From: Sphingomonadales bacterium
GTDB taxonomy: Bacteria; Pseudomonadota; Alphaproteobacteria; Sphingomonadales; Sphingomonadaceae
Reading direction: 5' to 3'
DNA length: 64,000 nt
Assembly: GCA_038325045.1 (NCBI GenBank)
Contig: JBBQIP010000001.1
Coordinates: 4,200 to 68,199 of the forward strand
How positions within the stretch are numbered: the stretch's first letter is position 1; each line of letters begins with the position of its first letter. This document shows, one piece after another, positions 57,159 to 64,000 of this stretch. The notes under the pieces are model-generated. The model was given only the letters and a program-made list of their open reading frames with translations, was not told where the DNA came from and searched no databases. The position numbers were made by a program, and so were the translations under genes.

Positions 57159-57941
57159 TCAGCCGCGAATGCGGACTGCGCGGGTGTAAAGGTGCCAGGT
57201 GGCATAGCCGAGCACCGGCAGCGCCACGATAAGCCCCACGAACAGCGGCAGCGCGGCCACCGCGAGGATGAACGCCACCATCACCCCCCAGCGCAGCATC
57301 ACCAGCGGCGAGCGGCGGAAGGCGGCGAGCGAGGCTGCAACGGCGGTAAGCGCCGGCACCGGCGTGTCGATGACGAGGGGAAAGCTGAACGCCGCCACCG
57401 CCAGCGTGAAGGTGGCGAACAGCGCGCCGACCAGATTGCCGACCACGATCATCGTCCAGCCCTGCGATGTGGCGGTCAGCGCTGCCGCAAAGCCTTCCGG
57501 CGTATCGATGGCCAGCGGCCCCAGTGTGGCGGCATAAATGGCCTGGGCGCTCACCATCCAGGCAAAGAAGATCAGCACCAGCATGACAGTCAGCCCCAGC
57601 ATCGGCACCCGGGAGGGGCCGCGCAGCGGATCGAGAAAATGCGTCCAGCTCGAATCCTGCCCGCGCTCGCGGCGCTTGGCGATTTCGTAAAAACCCGCCG
57701 CCGCCAACGGCCCGACCAGCGCAAAGCCCCCGACAAGCGGAAAGATGAGCGGCCAAAACGAGGCGTTGAAAGCAAAAAAAGCGGCGGCGAAGCCAATGAC
57801 CGCATAGATGAGCGGCAGCAGCAGCAGGTCGCCGCGCTTGGCCTTGAAATCATCCCAGCCCTGCGCCAGCGCCCAATCGAGATCGGCCGCCGTTATCGGC
57901 TTTATCTGCACCTGTTCCGCGCCGGTTGCCGCCAGTTCCAT
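57159..57941 (-). CDS. DUF2189 family membrane protein
   Basis: [42 protein letters not shown]. Confidence 0.85.
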   Translation of the reverse strand: MELAATGAEQVQIKPITAADLDWALAQGWDDFKAKRGDLLLLPLIYAVIGFAAAFFAFNASFWPLIFPLVGGFALVGPLAAAGFYEIAKRRERGQDSSWTHFLDPLRGPSRVPMLGLTVMLVLIFFAWMVSAQAIYAATLGPLAIDTPEGFAAALTATSQGWTMIVVGNLVGALFATFTLAVAAFSFPLVIDTPVPALTAVAASLAAFRRSPLVMLRWGVMVAFILAVAALPLFVGLIVALPVLGYATWHLYTRAVRIRG

Positions 57942-58066
57942 CTTACTCTCCCCGGTACTGATCCTTAAATTCACTATAGCCGATTTTGCCGCCTCTGCCC
58001 ATGGCGGCCGGGCGAAACCCCGCCGCGCGGCTTGCGCAAGGCCGGCCAAGCCGCCACACCGCGGGC

Positions 58067-58804
58067 ATGGCGACCCATGTTCCCGAGGCCGGCGGCGCGC
58101 GGCTGGCTTACCGGCACTGCCCGGGCGATGGGCCGGTTCTGGTGTTTCTGCCCGGCTATATGTCGGATATGACCGGCAGCAAGGCGAGCGCCTTGTTCGA
58201 TTGGGCAAGTGCGCGGGGCCGGGCTTGCCTGCTGCTCGACTATTCGGGCTGCGGCGCGAGCGGCGGCGATTTTCTGCAAGGTTCGATCAGCCGCTGGAGT
58301 GCAGATGTGCTGGCGGTGGCCGCGCATGTGGTGCCGGGGGCAAGGCTGGTGCTGGTCGGCTCCTCCATGGGCGGCTGGATAGGGCTGCGGCTGGCGGCAG
58401 AACTGGCTGACAGGCTGGCGGGGCTGGTGCTCATTGCCCCGGCGCCAGATTTTCCCGATTGGGGGCTTGATCCGACGCCAGCGGAATCAGCGGCGCTGGC
58501 CGCGCAAGGCTGGTTCAGCCGGCCGAGCGGCTATGGCGGGGACTATCTGTATTCGAGCGCGTTTCTGGAAGATGCGGTGCGGGCGCGGATGCTGGGCGGG
58601 CCGATTGCCATCGAGGCACCGGTGCGGCTGCTGCACGGCCAGAAGGACGAGGCGGTGCCATGGCAGCTGAGCCTCGACATCATGGCCCGGATCAGCGGCA
58701 GCGATGTTCAGGCGACGCTCATCAAGGATGGCGATCATAGGCTCTCGCGCGAGGCTGATATCGCGCTGATGCTGGCAGCGGTGGAGGCTGTGCTCAAGCT
58801 ATGA
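58067..58804 (+). CDS. Alpha/beta hydrolase
   Basis: FLPGYMSDMTGSKA, GSSMGG nucleophile elbow, LHGQKDEAVPW, KDGDHRLS. Confidence 0.9.
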   Translation: MATHVPEAGGARLAYRHCPGDGPVLVFLPGYMSDMTGSKASALFDWASARGRACLLLDYSGCGASGGDFLQGSISRWSADVLAVAAHVVPGARLVLVGSSMGGWIGLRLAAELADRLAGLVLIAPAPDFPDWGLDPTPAESAALAAQGWFSRPSGYGGDYLYSSAFLEDAVRARMLGGPIAIEAPVRLLHGQKDEAVPWQLSLDIMARISGSDVQATLIKDGDHRLSREADIALMLAAVEAVLKL

Positions 58805-59568
58805 GAGCTATGCTGGCGATGGTATTGATTGGCCTTGCGGTGCCTGCAGGAGGGGTTCCCCTGGCTTCGGACAAGAGCCGCTTTGCCGCCTGTTCGGTGC
58901 AGGCGCGGAGCAACCCCTCGCGCGGCATTGCCGCTGCCCAGGCATGGCGGATCGAAGGCGGCGGGGTGCCGGCGCGGCACTGCCTGGCGCTCGCCCAGTT
59001 CGAGGCCGGCGATTATCCTGCATCCCTGGCCAGCTTCGAGGCGGCGGCGAAAATGGCCGCCAGCGCGCCGGATGGTGCGGAAGAGGCGCGCGCGCTCTGG
59101 GTGGCGGCGGCCACAGCAGCACTCATCGCCAACCGGCCGGAGCCGGCGCTGGGCTTTCTCGACCAGGCCCTGGCCGGCAAGCCCGATGCCGGCCTGCTGC
59201 TGATGCGCGCCGAGGCGCTGGTCGATCTCGGCCGCGAGGCAGACGCCATGCCGGCGATCGAGCAGGCGCTGGCGCTCGATGCGGCGGTTGAAAACGGCTG
59301 GCTGCTGAAGGCCACGCTGGCGCGCCGGCTGGGCCGGCTGGAGGCGGCGGAGGCGGCGATTCTGGAAGCCGCCAGGCGCCTGCCGGCGGACAGTCCCGAG
59401 CAGGCCGATGTGCAGCTTGAGGCGGGCAACATTGCTTTTGCCAGCGGAAAGACCGAGCTTGCCCGCGCCGCCTGGACAGCGGTTGCAAGCGGCGAACCCG
59501 AACAGCCGGCCACCAAGGCGGCAGCTGCGGCACTGGCGAGGCTGCCTGACAGCGGAACAACCAACTAG
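58801..59568 (+). CDS. Secreted TPR-like protein
   Basis: Signal peptide; AW---GGG-PARHC-ALA; Ala-rich helical repeats. Confidence 0.75.
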   Translation: MRAMLAMVLIGLAVPAGGVPLASDKSRFAACSVQARSNPSRGIAAAQAWRIEGGGVPARHCLALAQFEAGDYPASLASFEAAAKMAASAPDGAEEARALWVAAATAALIANRPEPALGFLDQALAGKPDAGLLLMRAEALVDLGREADAMPAIEQALALDAAVENGWLLKATLARRLGRLEAAEAAILEAARRLPADSPEQADVQLEAGNIAFASGKTELARAAWTAVASGEPEQPATKAAAAALARLPDSGTTN

Positions 59569-59578
59569 GGACGATTTC

Positions 59579-59995
59579 ATGAAGTATCTGCACACCATGC
59601 TACGCGTTTCCGATTTGGACGCTACCATCGGCTTTTTCCGGCTGCTCGGGCTGGAAGAGGTCGGCCGCCATGACAATGAGGCCGGGCGCTATTCGTTGAT
59701 CTTCCTCGCCGCCCCCGGCGATGAGGCAGCGCAGATCGAGCTCACCCATAATTGGGGCGAGGCCGGCTATGATGGCGGCCGCAACTTCGGCCATGTCGCC
59801 TATGCGGTGCGAGACATTTATGCCGCCTGCCAGAAGCTGATGGACGGCGGGGTGACCATCAACCGCCCGCCGCGCGATGGCCGCATGGCGTTCGTGCGCT
59901 CGCCCGACGGCATTTCGGTGGAACTGCTGCAAGAAGGTGCCGCCATGGCGCCGGCAGAGCCCTGGCTGTCCATGCCCAACACCGGCAGTTGGTGA
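59579..59995 (+). CDS. gloA: Lactoylglutathione lyase (glyoxalase I, VOC family)
   Basis: KYLHTMLRV, IELTHNW, RNFGH-AY, RPPRDGRMAFVRSPDGIS-ELL. Confidence 0.9.
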   Translation: MKYLHTMLRVSDLDATIGFFRLLGLEEVGRHDNEAGRYSLIFLAAPGDEAAQIELTHNWGEAGYDGGRNFGHVAYAVRDIYAACQKLMDGGVTINRPPRDGRMAFVRSPDGISVELLQEGAAMAPAEPWLSMPNTGSW

Positions 59996-60723
59996 TGCTG
60001 GAAATCGTCCAGATTCCGGTGCTTTCGGATAATTACGTCTATCTGGCGCATTGCGGGGCGACCGGCGCCACCACGGTCATCGACCCGGCGGTGGCCGGCC
60101 CGGTACTGGAAGCCGCCGCCGAGCGCGGCTGGACCATCAGCCAGATCTGGAACACGCACTGGCACCCGGACCATGTGGGCGGCAACGCCGAAATCGTGGC
60201 CGCAACGGCCGCGCGGGTGACCGGGCCGGAGGGCGAGGCGACCCGCATTCCCCTCATCGACCGGGCGGTGGCCGGCGGTTATACGGTCAGCCTGGGCGCG
60301 CACACCGCCCGGGTTATCGATGTGGCAGCGCATACGGCCGGGCACATCGCCTATGCCTTTGAAGATGACCGCGTGCTGTTTCCCGGCGACACGCTGTTCG
60401 CGCTGGGTTGCGGGCGGCTGTTCGAGGGCACGCCGGCGGACATGCACGCAGCGCTCGCCCGGCTGATGGCGCTGGCGCCCGAAACCATGGTCTATTGTGC
60501 GCACGAATATACGCAATCGAACGCGCGCTTTGCGGTGACGGTGGAGCCGCACAATGCGGCGCTGCTGGCCCGCTCGGCCGCAATCGATGCCGCGCGCGCC
60601 GCCGGCAGGCCGACCGTGCCCTTCACGCTCGCCGAAGAAGCCGCCACCAACCCGTTTGTCCGCGCCGCAAGCGTTGCCGAACTCGGCTCCAGGCGCGCGG
60701 CCAAAGATGCGTTCCGGGGCTGA
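59995..60723 (+). CDS. gloB: Hydroxyacylglutathione hydrolase (glyoxalase II)
   Basis: DNYVYL, NTHWHPDHVGG, GDTLFALGCGRLFEG, CAHEYT-SN, TNPF-R. Confidence 0.93.
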   Translation: MLEIVQIPVLSDNYVYLAHCGATGATTVIDPAVAGPVLEAAAERGWTISQIWNTHWHPDHVGGNAEIVAATAARVTGPEGEATRIPLIDRAVAGGYTVSLGAHTARVIDVAAHTAGHIAYAFEDDRVLFPGDTLFALGCGRLFEGTPADMHAALARLMALAPETMVYCAHEYTQSNARFAVTVEPHNAALLARSAAIDAARAAGRPTVPFTLAEEAATNPFVRAASVAELGSRRAAKDAFRG

Positions 60724-60753
60724 AAGGCAGCAATATCTGTGGTAAGATATCTC

Positions 60754-61119
60754 ATGCGCGTCCTTTGGGCCTTGTTGGTGGTGCCGGTATCAGCCTTGGC
60801 TGCTGATGCGCCCGACACCCGGCAACCTGCCAACTGCATCGACAACAAGATGATCGGCGACACCAGATTTTCGCCTGAACAGGGATATTTTGCCGAAGTT
60901 GCCGGCAAATGGTGGCAGAACCGGGCGCGCGGCTGCCCCTTGTTCGCTCCCGACCGTACCATCATCACCAACAGCACGATCAACCGCCAGTGCAACGGCG
61001 ATCAGGTGACCGTGTTCCAGAATTTTAGCCGCATCGATTTCGGTGCATGCGTCCTTGGCAAGTGGCAGCCGGTGGCGGCCAAGGATGTTCCACCGCCAGC
61101 GAACCGCTCGGCACCGTGA
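60754..61119 (+). CDS. Small secreted protein with four conserved Cys (paralog 1)
   Basis: Signal peptide; CID...WWQNRARGC...C-GD...FG-CVLG-W-PV. Confidence 0.75.
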   Translation: MRVLWALLVVPVSALAADAPDTRQPANCIDNKMIGDTRFSPEQGYFAEVAGKWWQNRARGCPLFAPDRTIITNSTINRQCNGDQVTVFQNFSRIDFGACVLGKWQPVAAKDVPPPANRSAP

Positions 61120-61151
61120 TGTTACCCGCATTTTTGAAGAGGACAGAACTG

Positions 61152-61571
61152 ATGACGACACCAAAAAAGACGCTGCTGGCGGTTGGGGCCTTGGCCGCCT
61201 TGGGCACAGCTGCTGCGACAGCCATCGGCGCTGTCGGCCCCGCGCCGGCGGCGGCCCAGGCCGCCAAGGCAAAGGCTGCAGAGCCGCAGCGCTGCGTCGA
61301 CAATCGCGGGTCGGGTGAAACAAGAATGTCGGCATCGGGCGGCTGGTTCCTGCAGAGCAGGGGCAGCTGGTGGCAGAACCGGGCGGCCGGCTGCAAACTG
61401 TTCGCACCCGGGCGGATTGTCGTTTCCAGCCGCACGCTGGGGCCGCACTGCTCGGGTGACGGCGTGCAGCTTGTCGATCCAATCAGCGAGATCAACTTCG
61501 GCCAATGCGTGCTGGGGAGCTGGGAGCCGGTTACCGCAGAAATGGTGCCGCCGGCGCGCGAACGCCCCTAG
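61152..61571 (+). CDS. Small secreted protein with four conserved Cys (paralog 2)
   Basis: AAGAGG RBS; signal peptide; CVD...WWQNRAAGC...C-GD...FG-CVLG-W-PV. Confidence 0.75.
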   Translation: MTTPKKTLLAVGALAALGTAAATAIGAVGPAPAAAQAAKAKAAEPQRCVDNRGSGETRMSASGGWFLQSRGSWWQNRAAGCKLFAPGRIVVSSRTLGPHCSGDGVQLVDPISEINFGQCVLGSWEPVTAEMVPPARERP

Positions 61572-61583
61572 CGGCGGTTGCCG

Positions 61584-62537
61584 TCAGGCGGCCCTTGCCC
61601 GCGCCTCGATAGCATCCCAGATACGGCCCGGCGTGTTGGTGCCATTGAACCGGTCGATCGCGACGATGCCGGTGGGCGAAGTGACGTTGATCTCGGTCAG
61701 ATAGCCCGCGATCACATCAATGCCCACGAACACCAGCCCACGCGCTGCGAGATCCGGCCCGATACGGGCGCAGATCTCGGCTTCGCGCGCGGTCAGGCCG
61801 GTGGCTTCGGCGCTGCCGCCGGCGGCGAGGTTGGAGCGGATTTCGCCTGTCTTGGGCAGCCGGTTGATGGCTCCCGTCGGCTCCCCGTCCACCAGCACGA
61901 TGCGCTTGTCGCCGTTGGCCACATCGGGAAGGAAGGCCTGCACCATGAACGGCTCGTTCCAGACCTCGCCGAAAAGCTCCACCAGCGCTGCCAGATTGCC
62001 GTCCGCCTTGTCGATGAGGAACACCGCGGCACCGGCATTGCCATAGAGCGGCTTGACCACCACCGCGCCGTGGCGGGCGCGAAAGTCCATCGCCTCGGCA
62101 AGGCTGCGGGTAACCAGCGTGGGCGGCATCAGATCGGGGTAGCGCAGCACGAACAGCTTTTCGGGCGCGTTCCGCACCTCGGCCGGGTCGTTCACCACCA
62201 GCGTTTCGTGGCTCACCATCTCCAGCAGATGGGTGGCGGTGATATAGCCCATGTCGAAGGGCGGGTCCTGGCGCATCAGCACCACATCCACGTCGCGGCC
62301 AAGGTCAGCGGTTTCAGCCTCGCCCAGCCAGCGGTAATGGTGGCCTCGTTCGCGGCTCACCTCCAGCGGCCGCAACGGCGCGCGCACCCGTCCGCTTTCG
62401 GCCGATAGCGAGGTGGCCAGATAATGGTGCAGCCGGTGGCCGCGTGCCTGCGCTTCCAGCATCAGGGCAAAGCTCGAATCGCCGGCAACATTAATGGTTT
62501 CGATGGGGTCCATCTGGACCGCCACGCTAAGCGTCAT
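61584..62537 (-). CDS. gshB: Glutathione synthetase
   Basis: VAVQMDP, LMRQDPPFDM-YI, APEKL, KPLYGNAG, GDKR, RSNL--GG, EINVTSPTG. Confidence 0.97.
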   Translation of the reverse strand: MTLSVAVQMDPIETINVAGDSSFALMLEAQARGHRLHHYLATSLSAESGRVRAPLRPLEVSRERGHHYRWLGEAETADLGRDVDVVLMRQDPPFDMGYITATHLLEMVSHETLVVNDPAEVRNAPEKLFVLRYPDLMPPTLVTRSLAEAMDFRARHGAVVVKPLYGNAGAAVFLIDKADGNLAALVELFGEVWNEPFMVQAFLPDVANGDKRIVLVDGEPTGAINRLPKTGEIRSNLAAGGSAEATGLTAREAEICARIGPDLAARGLVFVGIDVIAGYLTEINVTSPTGIVAIDRFNGTNTPGRIWDAIEARARAA

Positions 62538-62552
62538 GGTGGTTCCTGTCGG

Positions 62553-63344
62553 TCAGCTATCGGAACGGGCGAGTGCTGCCAGCGCGGCCTTGATGCGCCG
62601 GGTCAGCGCCTTGTCGTGGGTGGTTTCCAGCATGGCGGTAAGACTGGCGCGCGCCGCACTGTTCAGCCCCTGCAACTGCTCCAGCCGGGCGCGCTCCCAC
62701 CACAGGCCGGACAGCCTTGGCGCCACCGCCGTCAGCCGCTCATACAGCGCCAGCGCGCGCTTCAGGTCGCCACTGGCGCGGGCGCGGCTGGCCTGGTTGG
62801 TGATAAGCCGCACCAGCAGCTGGCGGTTGGACATCGGTTCAAAGGCCTGGTCAGCCTCGCCGCCCGCACTGCGCGCAATATCGCGGGCACGCTCGCGGGT
62901 GATGCCGCTGCCATGATCAAACGGGTCGACCAGCGCCGAATCGACGCCGCCGCGCACTTCCACAATCACATGGCCGGGCAGGTTCAGCGCATCCGCCTTC
63001 CAGCCCACCCGCCGGGCCAGCGCCACATACAGCAGCGACAGCGCCACCGGCAGGCCGCGCTGCCGCTCCACAACGGCCAGCAGATCGGCATTCAGCGGGT
63101 TGTCATAGTCCTCGGCCGCGCCGGTAAGCCCGGCCTCGCCGGCAATAAGCGCCTGCAGCCGCCGCGCGCGCCCGCTGCCGGAAACCGGCGCGGGATCGCG
63201 CTGCAGCGCCACCGCCCAGCCGGTCACCAGCCGCCGCAGCCTGCCGGGATCAGCCTGGGGCCGGTCGGCAAGGGCGAGCGCAATGCCGGCCTCCACCAGA
63301 TCAATGTCCCCATCGTCGAGCAGGCCGATCGCATTCAGCTCCAT
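62553..63344 (-). CDS. SirB1/transglutaminase-like TPR protein
   Basis: YDNP-NA-L--V-ERQRGLPVALS-LY, LNLPGHVIV, VDPFD-G, RLITNQ. Confidence 0.85.
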   Translation of the reverse strand: MELNAIGLLDDGDIDLVEAGIALALADRPQADPGRLRRLVTGWAVALQRDPAPVSGSGRARRLQALIAGEAGLTGAAEDYDNPLNADLLAVVERQRGLPVALSLLYVALARRVGWKADALNLPGHVIVEVRGGVDSALVDPFDHGSGITRERARDIARSAGGEADQAFEPMSNRQLLVRLITNQASRARASGDLKRALALYERLTAVAPRLSGLWWERARLEQLQGLNSAARASLTAMLETTHDKALTRRIKAALAALARSDS

Positions 63345-63346
63345 GG

Positions 63347-63721
63347 TCAATTCTCCCGCCACACGGCGACCAGATGTTCGGGCCAGCCCCAGCGGCTGAC
63401 CAGCACCGCATCGATCCGCGTCGTGGTGCAGGCGCCGGCGAAACGGGGGGCGAGCACGCGCGAAGCGGCCTCGATCCGCCGCTGCCCGGCACGATGCAGC
63501 GCCGCGCGGCTGCTGTCGAGGTCTGCGCGAAATTTCACCTCCACAAAAACCAGCGTGTCCCCGTCGCGCGCCACCAGATCGATTTCACCGACCCGGGTGC
63601 GCTGGCGCCGGGCGAGGATTCGGTAGCCCTTCAACTGCAGGTAAAGCGCCGCCACCGCCTCTGCCCAGCGGCCGCTCCGCTCGGCCCGGGAACGCTGCCG
63701 GGGCGACCGCCGGGGGTTCAT
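63347..63721 (-). CDS. YraN (UPF0102) family putative endonuclease
   Basis: G--AE--A--YLQLKGYRIL, GEIDLVA, LVFVEVK, RIDAV. Confidence 0.92.
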   Translation of the reverse strand: MNPRRSPRQRSRAERSGRWAEAVAALYLQLKGYRILARRQRTRVGEIDLVARDGDTLVFVEVKFRADLDSSRAALHRAGQRRIEAASRVLAPRFAGACTTTRIDAVLVSRWGWPEHLVAVWREN

Positions 63722-64000
63722 TTGCCCTGCAGCGCCAGCGCCCGGGCATAGGCGCGCGCGCGGGGCACGCCGAGCCGCGCCGTCACTTCCGCCACCGCCG
63801 ATTTCAGGCTGGCGGCCGCCATCGCCTCGGTGAGTGCTGCATCGAGCGTCGCATCATCGGCGGCAGCGGCAGCGGGCGGCGGGCCGATGACAAGCACGAT
63901 CTCGCCCTTGCGCGGCCGGGCCGCCACATTGGCCGCCAGCTCGGGCAGCGTGCCGGTGAGCGTCTCCTCGAAATGCTTGCTTATCTCGCGCGCCATGGCG
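63718..64000 (-). CDS. rsmI: 16S rRNA C1402 2'-O-methyltransferase, 3' part (runs off the window end)
   Basis: AREISKHFEE, KGEIVLVIGP, KSAV-EV...RA-AY--AL; upstream of yraN as is usual. Confidence 0.85.
   Translation of the reverse strand, partial: AMAREISKHFEETLTGTLPELAANVAARPRKGEIVLVIGPPPAAAAADDATLDAALTEAMAAASLKSAVAEVTARLGVPRARAYARALALQGK

Overview
Alphaproteobacterial DNA, most consistent with Sphingomonadales (inferred from PEPxxWA-CTERM genes, the phyR-nepR-ecfG locus and the otsB-GH15-otsA order). The window has two parts. (1) Positions 1 to ~15620 are a visibly lower-GC block abutting the 3' end of a tRNA-Arg(ACG) gene. It carries a self-contained general stress response (GSR) system: sigma-EcfG, NepR, PhyR, a PhyT-like kinase with a degenerate ATP-binding domain, an HWE kinase, a hybrid kinase and a Crp-type regulator. 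About a dozen stress genes surround these (Dps, two further ferritin-like proteins, CsbD, DUF1328, a general stress protein, a PRC-barrel protein, an SDR, small unknowns). Twelve G(G/A)AAC-N16/17-(N)GTT or -CATT promoter motifs can be read by eye in this block. (2) Positions ~15700-64000 are GC-rich backbone: a type III PKS-methyltransferase-FAD oxidoreductase cluster, osmotic-stress/trehalose genes, egtBD, etfBA, argB, argG, folD, rlmN, a persulfide-detoxification locus, a TonB-dependent receptor, ccmCDE, infC/thrS, gloAB, gshB, yraN and partial rsmI. The most unexplained non-coding signal is a ~115-120 nt multi-hairpin element present twice (52374-52488 +, 53903-54023 -). Each copy starts right after a TAG stop codon, and the two show conserved loops with compensatory stem changes. 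No CRISPR array, rRNA, transposase or integrase was seen. All family calls come from motif recognition by eye; no searches were run.
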